Position numbers and translations under genes: made by a program
The notes under the pieces: generated by a model
Database searches by the model: none
Seen by the model: only the letters and a program-made list of their open reading frames with translations
What the model was told of the DNA's origin: nothing
Assembly (NCBI GenBank): GCA_051439505.1
Contig: JBFRWI010000185.1
Location: 1 to 22,410 of the forward strand
Reading direction: 5' to 3'
Length of the DNA: 22,410 nucleotides
Origin: Hormoscilla sp.
Lineage (GTDB): Bacteria > Cyanobacteriota > Cyanobacteriia > Cyanobacteriales > Desertifilaceae
In this document: piece after piece, positions 1 through 9,454 of the stretch
Layout of the letters: each line of letters starts with the position of its first letter
How positions within the stretch are numbered: the stretch's first letter is position 1

Positions 1-834
1 GCTGTGTTCACCGTTACCTTGTCGGAAGCCTCGGATACAGAGGTGACCGTGGAGTATGCTACCACTGGAGAAACAGCCAGTGCCAGTGGTGGTGATTACG
101 TGCGTACCGACGGCACTCTCACTTTTGCTCCCGGAGAAACCTCTGGGACAATAACTGTAGAGGTGCTGGGTGACAACGTCTCGGAAGATGATGAAACATT
201 CTTTGTCAACCTGGACAACGTCAGCGACAACGCCATTATTGCAGATGGTCAAGGGGAAGCAACGATCGCCGATGATGACGGTCCTCCTATGCCGCCCCAG
301 ATAGTGGATGTGATTCAGGGAACCAGCTTAGAAGATACCCTAGATGGTACCCCTCAAAACAATGTCCTGATCGGCTTAGCGGGGGATGACATTGTCAATG
401 CCATCGGAGGCGAAGACCTTCTATTTGGTGGTTCCGGCGACGACAACCTGGATGGGGGTATGGGAGATGACCTGATCTATGGTGGTGACGGAAATGACCT
501 GATCTTTGGCGGTTCTGGCAACGATACTCTCATTGGCGAAGCCGGTCAAGACTTTATGCTGGGGGGCAGTGGCAGTGATATCTTCGTATTATCTCAAGAT
601 TTTGCCACGCCAATTCTCGCCCAAGCAGATGCGATCGTGGACTTCAATGTCGAAGAAGATGCGATCGGCCTGGATGTAGGCTTGACCAGGGATGACATAA
701 TTCTGGAAGGCTTAGGCACCAACACTGCGATCACACTGGCCGAGGACAATAGCATTCTCGCGATCGTCAACCGGGTGACGCCAGATCAACTAACTGATGA
801 TAATTTTCAGTCTGTGAACATCGGATTGTTCTAA
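1..834 (+). CDS. Calx-beta domain / RTX (hemolysin-type Ca2+-binding) repeat protein, C-terminal part (5' end outside window)
   Basis: Calx-beta signature (FTVTLSEAS...VEYAT...DY...GTLTFAPGET...ITVEVLGD...EDDETFFVNL) followed by several GGxGxDxL nonapeptides (GGSGDDNL, GGMGDDLI, GGDGNDLI, GGSGNDTL) and a typical RTX C-terminal tail (IVDFNVEEDAIGL). The frame is open from base 1. Confidence 0.9.
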   Translation, partial: AVFTVTLSEASDTEVTVEYATTGETASASGGDYVRTDGTLTFAPGETSGTITVEVLGDNVSEDDETFFVNLDNVSDNAIIADGQGEATIADDDGPPMPPQIVDVIQGTSLEDTLDGTPQNNVLIGLAGDDIVNAIGGEDLLFGGSGDDNLDGGMGDDLIYGGDGNDLIFGGSGNDTLIGEAGQDFMLGGSGSDIFVLSQDFATPILAQADAIVDFNVEEDAIGLDVGLTRDDIILEGLGTNTAITLAEDNSILAIVNRVTPDQLTDDNFQSVNIGLF

Positions 835-875
835 AATTAGAAATTGGGGTTTAGTAACCCCCCTGATGATCTCGT

Positions 876-915
876 AACCCGGTTTTTCTGGTAAAACAGA
901 GAAATCGGGTTTTTT
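876..915 (+). terminator. Stem-loop followed by a T-run after the RTX gene (AACCCGGTTT/AAATCGGGTT-type cyanobacterial palindrome)
   Basis: AACCCGGTTTTTCTG (876-890) pairs with CAGAGAAATCGGGTT (897-911) with two G-U pairs; T-run to 915. Confidence 0.6.
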
Positions 916-1273
916 GCCAAGAACGTTCCCCAGAGCTAGGAAATGAGGCTAATTGCGAATATATTTTGATTATTGAGAATAAAACTGGATAGGCGATATG
1001 CGGGTCCCTTCTGGGGCCTTATGGGGCGCTACTAATATCGAGTCTGGGTAATTAACAACCCGCGAAACCCCAACTTTTACCATCTAGACTGTCCCGCGTT
1101 ACCCAGCACCCGGTTGGGTTTCGTGCCCTTACTCAACTGAGAGATGATAAAATTTTTACGGGAATTTCATTGCCACATGATATAATCACTGAAAATAAGT
1201 TCTGCAAAATTACTGGCTATAAGTAGGTGGACAAAAATATTTACACATTCAATCAACGGAACTAAAACTAAAT

Positions 1274-1294
1274 GGTGGGCGGTGCCCACCCTAC
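1274..1294 (-). repeat. GTAG-type REP-like palindrome GTAGGGTGGGCACCGCCCACC
   Basis: Exact 21-bp reverse complement of 6652-6672; internal hairpin GGTGGGC/GCCCACC. Confidence 0.8.
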
Positions 1295-1332
1295 GCCAAT
1301 ACCGCTGACCACTGACAAAGGAGAAAGGGCTC

Positions 1333-2604
1333 ATGTCAAAAATCCTGATAGTAGAAGATGATACGGTGACAAGGTTATTTCTCAAAAGAGAGATGAAACT
1401 GGCTGGCTATGAAGTTGAGGTGGCGAAAAATGGATCCCAAGGACTGCAAATAGCCTACGATATTCATCCAGCTTTGATCCTGTGCGACTGGATCATGCCA
1501 GAGATGGATGGGCTGGAGGTATGTCGTCAGGTAAAGGTTTCGGCAGAACTGGCGAACTGTTTTTTTATTTTACTGACTTCTAATAATACTGTAGCCGATC
1601 GCGTGTCAGGTCTGGATGCGGGAGCGGATGATTTTATTTCTAAGCCGATCGAGCAAAATGAACTGCTAGCGCGGGTCAGGGCTGGTTTGCGACTGCACCA
1701 CTCTCAGCAGCAGTTGAGCGAAACCAATCAGCAACTTAATCATACCTTAAAAGAATTGCAAGCTACTCAGGCCCAGCTAGTGCAAAGCGAAAAAATGTCT
1801 AGTCTGGGTCAGATGATAGCAGGTATTGCTCATGAAATTAATAATCCGATCGCTTTTATCAGCGGCAATCTGAGTTATATTAGCGGCTATGTTAAGGAAT
1901 TGCTAGAGTTAATAGGTCTCTATCAAAAATACTACCATAACCCCGAAGTAGAAATTGAAGAATTTGCAGCAGAGCTAGATTTTAATTTTATTAAAAATGA
2001 CATCCCTGAAAGCCTGAAGTCGATGCAAACTGGGGCAGATAGAATTCGCGATATTGTTCTCAGTCTGAGGAATTTCGCCCGTCTGGATGAGTCGGAAATG
2101 AAATGGGTGAATATTCATGAAGGGATTGACAATACCTTGTTAATCTTACAGTACCGACTGGCAGATAGCGATCGCGCCGATCGCAGTCCGCAAATTCAAG
2201 TGATTAAGGAATATGGAGATTTGCCACAGGTAGAGTGCTATGCCAGTCAGCTAAATCAGGTGTTCTTTAATATCCTAAATAATGCGATCGATGCTTTGGC
2301 CAAAACGAAACAGCATCACGTTGGCCAACCTCCAAAGATTACTATTGTCACGCGGATGTTGGGCGATCGAGATTTGGAAATTAAGATTGCTGACAATGGT
2401 CCTGGCATGACTGAAGCGGTGAAAGCACGCATATTTGACCCCTTCTTTACTACTAAACCAGTGGGTCAAGGTAAAGGTTTAGGTTTATCTACATCCTATC
2501 AGATTATCGTGGAAATTCACGGGGGTAAACTCCACTGCAACTCTCAGCTAGGTGTAGGCACGGAATTGCTAGTCACTATTCCTATTGTTCAGTCGAAAAA
2601 GTAA
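1333..2604 (+). CDS. Hybrid sensor histidine kinase / response regulator (REC-HisKA-HATPase_c)
   Basis: N-terminal receiver (ILIVEDD, LILCDWIMPEMDG, FISKP), H-box IAHEINNP, N-box QVFFNILNNAIDA, G1/F/G2 boxes DNGPG, FDPFFTTK, GKGLGL; GGAG Shine-Dalgarno upstream. Confidence 0.93.
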   Translation: MSKILIVEDDTVTRLFLKREMKLAGYEVEVAKNGSQGLQIAYDIHPALILCDWIMPEMDGLEVCRQVKVSAELANCFFILLTSNNTVADRVSGLDAGADDFISKPIEQNELLARVRAGLRLHHSQQQLSETNQQLNHTLKELQATQAQLVQSEKMSSLGQMIAGIAHEINNPIAFISGNLSYISGYVKELLELIGLYQKYYHNPEVEIEEFAAELDFNFIKNDIPESLKSMQTGADRIRDIVLSLRNFARLDESEMKWVNIHEGIDNTLLILQYRLADSDRADRSPQIQVIKEYGDLPQVECYASQLNQVFFNILNNAIDALAKTKQHHVGQPPKITIVTRMLGDRDLEIKIADNGPGMTEAVKARIFDPFFTTKPVGQGKGLGLSTSYQIIVEIHGGKLHCNSQLGVGTELLVTIPIVQSKK

Positions 2605-2616
2605 ATGTTGTCGATC

Positions 2617-2658
2617 GTTGCTAGTTGCTAGTTGCTGGTTGCTAGTTGCTAGTTGCTA
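2617..2658. repeat. Heptamer short tandem repeat (STRR), 6 x GTTGCTA
   Basis: GTTGCTA x6, copy 3 = GTTGCTG, just after the kinase stop codon. Confidence 0.9.
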
Positions 2659-2983
2659 TTAATTATCGATTAGCAGCGAGATATTGACTTGGATGCGAGA
2701 ATATGCTAGAGGCGATCGGCCCCTTGCTCTCCAGATGAAAAAAGCTTACATAAATTAACAATTAGTCATAAATGTTAGTAAATAAATATAAGTTTCTTTA
2801 TGTCCGAGGACTTGATTTTTGTTCGGATAATTGCTAAGAATAGGAACAGGGTTGAAATTGTTTAATCAGGAGAGTAAAACAACAAAAAGGTTGTTTAATC
2901 ACCACTACTCTGTGGGGAGAATGCCGATCCGGAAATGGACTCAGGAGAACTGGGTAAACGATGAGAAATTCGAGAAAATAGCT

Positions 2984-3511
2984 ATGCAATCAACAGCAGT
3001 CAAAACGCCAGCAAAACAGAAGAAAGAAGCGGCAGCGCCAAGTAAGGATAAGCGCTTGAAGGTGCTCGATGTGACGATGAAGCGCAATCAGTATCGTCAA
3101 GATGCTTTGATAGAGGTGCTGCATAAGGCACAGGAAGCTTTTGGCTACCTGGAAGAAGAGGTCTTACAGTATATAGCGCGGGGGATGAAGTTGCCCATGT
3201 CCCGGGTTTATGGAGTGGCGACATTCTATCATCTGTTTAAGATGAAACCGGGTGGCGCTCATACCTGCGTAGTCTGCATGGGAACCGCTTGCTATGTGAA
3301 GGGCGGTGGCGAAATTATGACGGAATTAGAGCAGAAATTTGGCATTAAGTCAGGGGATACGACGCCGGATGGTCAGGTATCGGTAATCGCGGCCCGCTGT
3401 ATCGGTGCCTGTGGCATTGCACCAGCAGTGGTGTTCGATGGGAAAGTGGCTCCCAAGCAAACCCCAGCACAGGTGGCGCAACAAATACAAGGATGGATGT
3501 CTCCTGAGTAG
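2984..3511 (+). CDS. hoxE: Bidirectional hydrogenase diaphorase subunit HoxE (NuoE-like, 2Fe-2S)
   Basis: [35 protein letters not shown] and CIGAC motifs. ATG at 2984 (175 aa) preferred over the TTG at 2831 in the ORF track because it gives the usual family length. Confidence 0.95.
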   Translation: MQSTAVKTPAKQKKEAAAPSKDKRLKVLDVTMKRNQYRQDALIEVLHKAQEAFGYLEEEVLQYIARGMKLPMSRVYGVATFYHLFKMKPGGAHTCVVCMGTACYVKGGGEIMTELEQKFGIKSGDTTPDGQVSVIAARCIGACGIAPAVVFDGKVAPKQTPAQVAQQIQGWMSPE

Positions 3512-3545
3512 GAATTCGGGATCGATCGCAAGAGGAATAGGAAAT

Positions 3546-5165
3546 ATGGAACTGACAGAACTGCGTGAAATTGCCCAGAAGGAACGGGCATCATATAAAA
3601 GTACTCGCGTTTATTGCTGCACCTCCACGGGTTGCCAAGCAGCGAACTCCCTGGAAATTAAGAAAAATCTGGAAACGGCAGTCAAAGATACTGGGTTGGA
3701 AGATCGGGTACAAATTGTCGGGGTAGGTTGTATGGGGTGTTGCGGTCGCGGTCCCCTGGTAGAGCTTGACCCAGAAGAGATTCTCTATGAAGAGGTGACG
3801 CCGGAGCAAGCGGCGAGTATTATTGACGAGATCGCGGACAAGGGTGAAGCGTCCCCCACGAAAGGGGATCTCCAGCACCCATTTTTCAGCCGTCAAGTCC
3901 GCATTGTCCGAGAGAATAGCGGCAAAATCGATCCCGAAAAGATCGAAGAATATATTGCTGCTGGTGGCTATGAGTCCCTATACAAGGTGCTGCACGAGAT
4001 GAGTCCCGAAGAGGTGGTGCAGGAAATCACCAAAAGCGGACTGCGGGGACGGGGCGGTGGCGGTTATCCTACCGGTTTGAAATGGGCAACGGTGGCGAAG
4101 ATGCCTGGGGACCAGAAATACGTGATCTGCAATGCTGATGAGGGCGACCCCGGTGCCTTTATGGACCGCAGCGTCCTGGAAAGCGACCCCCATCTGGTGC
4201 TGGAAGGTATGGCGATCGCGGCCTATGCTGTGGGCGCAGACCACGGTTACATCTACGTCCGGGCCGAATATCCCCTGGCGATCGAGCGCCTGCAAAAAGC
4301 CATCAAGCAGGGTAAAAAATACGGAATCCTGGGCAGTCAAATATTTGACACGTCTTTCGATTTCAAGATTGATATCCGCATTGGAGCCGGAGCCTTTGTC
4401 TGCGGGGAAGAAACAGCTCTGATTTTATCGGTCGAGGGCAAGCGGGGCACTCCTCGCCCCCGCCCTCCTTACCCAGCGCAGTCGGGACTGTGGGAATGTC
4501 CGACTTTAATCAATAACGTGGAAACCTATGCCAATATTGCCGCCATTATTCGCAAGGGGGGAGACTGGTACGCTAGCATTGGCACGGAAAAGAGCAAAGG
4601 TACGAAGATATTCGCCCTGACTGGTAAAATTCGCAACAATGGCTTGATTGAAGTGCCCATGGGCATCACCCTGCGGGAGATCGTAGAAGACATGGGGGGT
4701 GGCGTACCTGATGGCACGGTCAAGGCCGTGCAAACGGGCGGTCCTTCGGGAGGTTGCATTCCTGCCGAGATGCTGGATACCCCAGTAGACTATGATTCCT
4801 TGACCAAACTGGGCTCGATGATGGGTTCCGGTGGCATGGTGGTGATGGACCAAAACACCAACATGGTGGATGTGGCCCAATTCTATATGGACTTTTGTCA
4901 GGATGAATCCTGCGGCAAATGTATCCCCTGTCGGGCGGGTACCGTACAGATGTATGAAATGCTGACCAAGATCCTCAAGGGACAAGCAACAATGGCCGAC
5001 CTGGACAAGTTAGAAGCCCTGTGCAACATGGTCCGGGAAACTAGCTTGTGCGGACTGGGGATCAGCGCACCCAATCCCGTGTTGAGTACAATGCGCTATT
5101 TCCGAAAGGAATATTTGGAACGCATTCAAGAAAGTCTCAACGGCAAGGTATTGGTCAAGTCATAA
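3546..5165 (+). CDS. hoxF: Bidirectional hydrogenase diaphorase subunit HoxF (NAD/FMN-binding, NuoF-like)
   Basis: [51 protein letters not shown] motifs, plus N-terminal thioredoxin-like 2Fe-2S domain. ATG at 3546 ([10 protein letters not shown], 539 aa) avoids overlap with hoxE. Confidence 0.96.
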   Translation: MELTELREIAQKERASYKSTRVYCCTSTGCQAANSLEIKKNLETAVKDTGLEDRVQIVGVGCMGCCGRGPLVELDPEEILYEEVTPEQAASIIDEIADKGEASPTKGDLQHPFFSRQVRIVRENSGKIDPEKIEEYIAAGGYESLYKVLHEMSPEEVVQEITKSGLRGRGGGGYPTGLKWATVAKMPGDQKYVICNADEGDPGAFMDRSVLESDPHLVLEGMAIAAYAVGADHGYIYVRAEYPLAIERLQKAIKQGKKYGILGSQIFDTSFDFKIDIRIGAGAFVCGEETALILSVEGKRGTPRPRPPYPAQSGLWECPTLINNVETYANIAAIIRKGGDWYASIGTEKSKGTKIFALTGKIRNNGLIEVPMGITLREIVEDMGGGVPDGTVKAVQTGGPSGGCIPAEMLDTPVDYDSLTKLGSMMGSGGMVVMDQNTNMVDVAQFYMDFCQDESCGKCIPCRAGTVQMYEMLTKILKGQATMADLDKLEALCNMVRETSLCGLGISAPNPVLSTMRYFRKEYLERIQESLNGKVLVKS

Positions 5166-5201
5166 TGACTGTTGCAGAGATTTGAGGAGGACAAAGGTTT
5201 T

Positions 5202-5918
5202 ATGTCAGTCAATACATTAACGATCGACGATAAACAGATCAGCGCCCGGGAGGGGGAGACAATTTTAGAAGCCGCCCGGGATGCTGGCATCCACATTCCC
5301 GTATTGTGTCATTTGCAAGGGGTGATGGATGTGGGTGCTTGCCGCATCTGCTTGGTGGAAGTAGAAGGCATTTCTAAACTGTTACCGGCCTGTACTACCC
5401 AAGTAACTGAGGGGATGAAGATCCACACCTTAACTCCTAAGTTGCAAGAGTATCGGCGCATGATTATGGAACTGCTGTTTGCTGAGGGTAATCATGTTTG
5501 TGCTGTGTGCGTGGCCAATGGGAATTGCGAACTTCAAGACCTGGCGATCGAGGTAGGGATGGACCACACTCGCTTTGAATATCGCTTTCCCGATCGGGGA
5601 GTGGATGTTTCCCACTCGCGGTTTGGCATCGACCACAACCGCTGCATCTTATGTACCCGCTGCGTGCGCGTTTGCGATGAAATTGAAGGTGCTCATGTTT
5701 GGGATGTGGCCAGTCGCGGCGGCAAGTCCTATCTGATCACGGGTATGGAACAGCCTTGGGGTGAAGTAGAAGCCTGTACGAGTTGTGGTAAATGTGTAGA
5801 TGCTTGCCCCACGGGTTCGATTTTCCGCAAAGGTGCTACGGTCGCAGAAATGGAACGCGATCGGGCCAAACTGGAGTTTCTGGTGACTGCACGCACTGAG
5901 CAAAAATGGACAAGATAG
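5202..5918 (+). CDS. hoxU: Bidirectional hydrogenase diaphorase subunit HoxU (NuoG N-terminal-like Fe-S protein)
   Basis: CH...GACRICLVE, HVCAVC...C, CILCTRC, CTSCGKCVDACP. ATG at 5202 (238 aa) with GAGGAG upstream. Confidence 0.96.
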   Translation: MSVNTLTIDDKQISAREGETILEAARDAGIHIPVLCHLQGVMDVGACRICLVEVEGISKLLPACTTQVTEGMKIHTLTPKLQEYRRMIMELLFAEGNHVCAVCVANGNCELQDLAIEVGMDHTRFEYRFPDRGVDVSHSRFGIDHNRCILCTRCVRVCDEIEGAHVWDVASRGGKSYLITGMEQPWGEVEACTSCGKCVDACPTGSIFRKGATVAEMERDRAKLEFLVTARTEQKWTR

Positions 5919-5990
5919 GTTCATTGAGAATGGTTCATTGAGAATGGAAAATTGAATGGTAGCCTGTTGGGTTTCCGCACGAAACCCAAC
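5918..5990. repeat. 14-bp tandem duplication plus REP-like hairpin in the hoxU-hoxY spacer
   Basis: GGTTCATTGAGAAT x2 (5918-5945); perfect hairpin GTTGGGTTTC-cgcac-GAAACCCAAC (5966-5990). Confidence 0.8.
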
Positions 5991-6018
5991 CGACAATAAC
6001 CGTATGAGAGGATAAGTA

Positions 6019-6567
6019 ATGGACAAGATCAAGTTTGCGACAGTTTGGCTAGCAGGCTGTAGTGGCTGTCACATGTCATTTTTGGACATGGATGAGTGGC
6101 TAATTGACCTGGCAGAAAAGGTAGATGTGGTCTACTCACCTGTGGGTTGTGACCTGAAAGAATATCCCGACAACGTGGATGTCTGTTTGGTGGAAGGCGG
6201 TGTTGCTAACGAGGAAAACTTGGAACTGCTCAAAAAAGTCAGAGAACGCACCAAGTTACTCATTTCCTTTGGTGATTGTGCGGTAACTGCTAACGTACCC
6301 GCCATGCGCAATATGTTGGGCGGTACCGAACCGGTTCTCAAGCGCTGCTATCTGGAACTTTCAGATATAAGTCCCCAAGTTCCTAAAGACCCGGGCATTG
6401 TCCCTGAATTGCTAGAACAGGTGTTACCAGTCCATCAAGTAGTGGATGTGGATATCTTTATGCCCGGTTGCCCCCCATCAGCCGATCGCATTCAAGCTAC
6501 ACTGGCACCACTTTTACAGGGAGAAAAACCCGTGATGGCCGGTCGGGAAATGATCAAATTTGGCTAA
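6019..6567 (+). CDS. hoxY: NiFe hydrogenase small subunit HoxY
   Basis: WLAGCSGCHMSFLD, FGDCA and MPGCPP ligands; 182 aa; lies between hoxU and hoxH. Confidence 0.96.
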   Translation: MDKIKFATVWLAGCSGCHMSFLDMDEWLIDLAEKVDVVYSPVGCDLKEYPDNVDVCLVEGGVANEENLELLKKVRERTKLLISFGDCAVTANVPAMRNMLGGTEPVLKRCYLELSDISPQVPKDPGIVPELLEQVLPVHQVVDVDIFMPGCPPSADRIQATLAPLLQGEKPVMAGREMIKFG

Positions 6568-6578
6568 TCACTTCGTTG

Positions 6579-6708
6579 TTAGCCCGCCGGGGGTTCAAAC
6601 CCCCGGCTAATAGCTTAAGTCGGTTAAAACCGACTAATAGTTAGCATAATAGTAGGGTGGGCACCGCCCACCTCGGACAGGGTAGGACAGACGAGACGCC
6701 CATCCTAC
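6579..6708. repeat. Cluster of three REP-like palindromic elements in the hoxY-hoxH spacer
   Basis: Twin hairpins GCCGGGGGTT/AACCCCCGGC (6586-6607) and AGTCGGTT/AACCGACT (6618-6635); GTAGGGTGGGCACCGCCCACC (6652-6672); GTAGGA...TCCTAC (6682-6708). Confidence 0.8.
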
Positions 6709-6735
6709 GATCTAATTGGCAATAGGAGTAAATTT

Positions 6736-8160
6736 ATGTCTAAGACAGTTGTCATCGATCCGGTAACTAGAATTGAAGGTCACGCGAAAATCTCAGTTTA
6801 TTTAGATGACGCGGGGGAAGTAGATGACGTCCGCTTCCACGTGGTCGAATTTCGCGGCTTTGAAAAGTTCTGTGAAGGCCGACCCTTCCCAGAAATGGCT
6901 GGCATTACTGCCCGGATCTGCGGTATTTGTCCTGTCAGCCACCTCTTAGCTTCGGCGAAGACAGGAGATAAAATTCTCGCTGTCAAAGTGCCGCCAGCAG
7001 GTGAAAAATTGCGCCGCTTGATGAATTTGGGCCAAATTACTCAATCTCACGCCCTCTCTTTCTTTCACCTCAGCAGTCCCGATTTTCTGTTAGGTTGGGA
7101 TAGCGACCCTGCTAAACGTAATGTGTTTGGTTTAATTGCTGCCGATCCCGATCTGGCCCGGGCGGGAATTCGCTTGCGCCAGTTCGGTCAAACTGTGATA
7201 GAATTGTTAGGGGCACGCAAAATTCATGCGGCCTGGGCAGTCCCCGGTGGCGTCCGATCGCCCCTTTCGGAAGAAGGACGGACCTGGATCCGCGATCGCC
7301 TGCCGGAGTCCCGGGCCACGACCGAAAATGCCCTGAATTTGTTCAAGAGTCTGTTAGATAAATTTGCCACGGAAGTGGATGTATTCGGCAAGTTTCCCTC
7401 CTTGTTCATGGGTTTAGTGGGCAAGAATGGCGCCTGGGAACATTACGACGGTCACATCCGGTTTATGGATAGCGAGGGAAAAATTGTCGCGGATCATCTC
7501 AGCGAAGACGACTATCAAGAATATCTGGGCGAGGCAGTGGAAAACTGGTCTTATCTCAAGTTCCCCTATTATAAACCCTTGGGCTATCCTGATGGCATCT
7601 ATCGCGTCGGACCCCTGGCCCGGGTGAATATTTGCAGCCAGTTTGGCACCCCGGCGGCGGACAAGGAGTTGCAAGAATTCCGCGATCGGGCAGGAGGTGT
7701 GGCCACGAGTTCCTTCTTCTATCACTATGCCCGCTTGGTCGAAATTATGGGGGCGATCGAACGGATCGAACGGCTAATGGACGATCCAGATATTGTTTCT
7801 CAACGCACCCGGGCGGAAGCAGGTATTAACAGCAATGAAGGTATCGGCGTCAGTGAAGCCCCCCGAGGCACCTTGTTCCATCACTATCAAGTGGATGATA
7901 ATGGTTTGATTGAAAAGGTGAACATGATTATTGCCACGGGGCAAAATAACTTGGCAATGAATAAAACTGTCGCCCAAATTGCCAAGCATTACATTCACGG
8001 TAATGAAATTCCCGAAGGCATGTTGAACCGGGTAGAAGCAGGCATTCGCGCTTTCGACCCTTGCTTGAGTTGTTCCACCCACGCGATCGGTCAAATGCCC
8101 CTGCATGTCCAGTTGGTCGGCCAGGATGGCACCGTTCTCAATGAAGTTTATCGGAATTAG
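6736..8160 (+). CDS. hoxH: NiFe hydrogenase large subunit HoxH (group 3d)
   Basis: [10 protein letters not shown]1 motif RICGICP, EAPRG, L2 motif DPCLSCSTH followed by a 25-aa C-terminal extension; AGGAG Shine-Dalgarno. Confidence 0.97.
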   Translation: MSKTVVIDPVTRIEGHAKISVYLDDAGEVDDVRFHVVEFRGFEKFCEGRPFPEMAGITARICGICPVSHLLASAKTGDKILAVKVPPAGEKLRRLMNLGQITQSHALSFFHLSSPDFLLGWDSDPAKRNVFGLIAADPDLARAGIRLRQFGQTVIELLGARKIHAAWAVPGGVRSPLSEEGRTWIRDRLPESRATTENALNLFKSLLDKFATEVDVFGKFPSLFMGLVGKNGAWEHYDGHIRFMDSEGKIVADHLSEDDYQEYLGEAVENWSYLKFPYYKPLGYPDGIYRVGPLARVNICSQFGTPAADKELQEFRDRAGGVATSSFFYHYARLVEIMGAIERIERLMDDPDIVSQRTRAEAGINSNEGIGVSEAPRGTLFHHYQVDDNGLIEKVNMIIATGQNNLAMNKTVAQIAKHYIHGNEIPEGMLNRVEAGIRAFDPCLSCSTHAIGQMPLHVQLVGQDGTVLNEVYRN

Positions 8161-8184
8161 TTTGTAGAGTTGTAACTCGTTGCT

Positions 8185-8230
8185 AGCGATCGTCTGGTGG
8201 GAAGGAAATCCCTTTTTACAGGCGATCGCT
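8185..8230 (+). terminator. Long stem-loop at the 3' end of the hox operon
   Basis: AGCGATCGTCTG (8185-8196) pairs with CAGGCGATCGCT (8219-8230); the inner stem TGGGAAGG/CCTTTTTA pairs via G-U only in the + strand RNA. No canonical U-tail. Confidence 0.5.
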
Positions 8231-8307
8231 GCGTTTTCCGGACCGATGACAGAAAATCTCAAATATGATATGATGTCAAGAACAACATTTCGCGAATCAT
8301 ATCGACG

Positions 8308-9414
8308 ATGACAATATCAGGTCAAGCAACCGCCGCCGGAACTCAGAAATACAAAGGTCGCCACCGCTGCGCCGCTAACCATTTCCGCGAAGAACAGGGT
8401 TTAGTTTTTAGTTCCATTGGCATCGGCACCTATCTGGGAGAACCGGACGATCGAACAGATGCCGCTGTTAGTAATGCTATAGTATCGGCAGTCCAGCAGG
8501 GGATCAATGTCATTGATACTGCCATTAATTATCGCTACATGCATGGGGAACGGAGTGTCAAATTAGCTTTATCCCGTCTGATATCGGAATTGGATATATC
8601 CCGAGAAGAACTGATTATCTGCTCTAAAGGTGGTTTCATTCCCCATCCCGATCGGATCGGGTGGTTCGATCGGGAATACATCAATAATAGCAAGTTTACC
8701 ATTTCCGAGAGTGACATAGTAGCGGGATGTCACTGCCTGCATCCAGAATATCTGCAAGACCAACTCGATCGCAGCTTAGAAAATCTGGGCCTTGATACCA
8801 TAGATATATATTACATCCACAATCCCGAAACCCAGCTATCAGAAGTATCCCCAGAAAAATTTTACGATCGCCTCTATCAAGCATTTACAGTGATGGAAGC
8901 AGCAGTCAAGAGTGGTAAAATCAAAGCCTACGGTTTAGCAAGCTGGAATGCTTTCCGCCTAGGACCGACAAAAATTAACCACATCGACCTCGCCCATGCT
9001 AAAACATTAGCAGGGCAAGCAGCAGGTGGCTCGGAAGATAACTTTAAATTCGTTCAGTTGCCCTTAAACCCCACTATGCCTGAAGCTTTGGTCAAAGCAA
9101 CTCAATCTATTGACAATGTCTTAGTCCCCGCCATAGAAGCGGCCCGACGCTTGGATATTGCCCCGATCGCTAGCGCCGCGATCGGGCAAGCAAGAAACTT
9201 AGGCAAAATACCCCCAGCAATGGTTTCTGCCTTGAATGAGAGCAATTTCAGCGAGGCCATGAAAGCACTGCAATTTACTCGCAGTTCCCCGGGTTTACTA
9301 ACCGCATTGGTAGGCATGAAATCGACTAATCATGTTGCCGAAAATCTCTCCCTCACCGCGATCGAACCTCTGTCAGAAGAAAGCTGGCGTGCATTCCTCT
9401 CGAAAGCAGGTTAA
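8308..9414 (+). CDS. Aldo/keto reductase family oxidoreductase
   Basis: SSIGIGTY, GINVIDTAINY (catalytic D/Y), ICSKGG (K), SLENLGLDTIDIYYIHNP (H), GKIKAYG, ALVGM motifs. Confidence 0.9.
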   Translation: MTISGQATAAGTQKYKGRHRCAANHFREEQGLVFSSIGIGTYLGEPDDRTDAAVSNAIVSAVQQGINVIDTAINYRYMHGERSVKLALSRLISELDISREELIICSKGGFIPHPDRIGWFDREYINNSKFTISESDIVAGCHCLHPEYLQDQLDRSLENLGLDTIDIYYIHNPETQLSEVSPEKFYDRLYQAFTVMEAAVKSGKIKAYGLASWNAFRLGPTKINHIDLAHAKTLAGQAAGGSEDNFKFVQLPLNPTMPEALVKATQSIDNVLVPAIEAARRLDIAPIASAAIGQARNLGKIPPAMVSALNESNFSEAMKALQFTRSSPGLLTALVGMKSTNHVAENLSLTAIEPLSEESWRAFLSKAG

Positions 9415-9454
9415 GATGGACCCCGATGGACCCCAATACTTCTCGGTTAATAAC

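Noticed and set aside
1167..1385. 72-aa minus-strand ORF
   Set aside because: Overlaps the kinase start and translates through the REP palindrome (RRVGTAHH); likely spurious.
2700..2830. LexA or NtcA boxes upstream of hoxE
   Set aside because: No convincing RGTAC-N3-DGTWC or GTA-N8-TAC match seen by eye.
2831..2983. N-terminal extension of HoxE from the TTG in the ORF track
   Set aside because: Makes HoxE about 50 aa longer than typical and covers the presumed promoter/leader; ATG 2984 preferred. Track starts for hoxF (3405), hoxU (5172), cupB (11256), psaF (16777) and vapC (21760) were trimmed for similar reasons.
3000..8262. Many antisense and alternative-frame ORFs within the hox genes (e.g. 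4506-4985, 7774-8262)
   Set aside because: Shadow ORFs of well-conserved genes; no independent evidence.
9416..9434. 10-bp direct repeat GATGGACCCC as target-site duplication of the 186-bp element
   Set aside because: Both copies are on the same side of the element, so it is a local tandem duplication.
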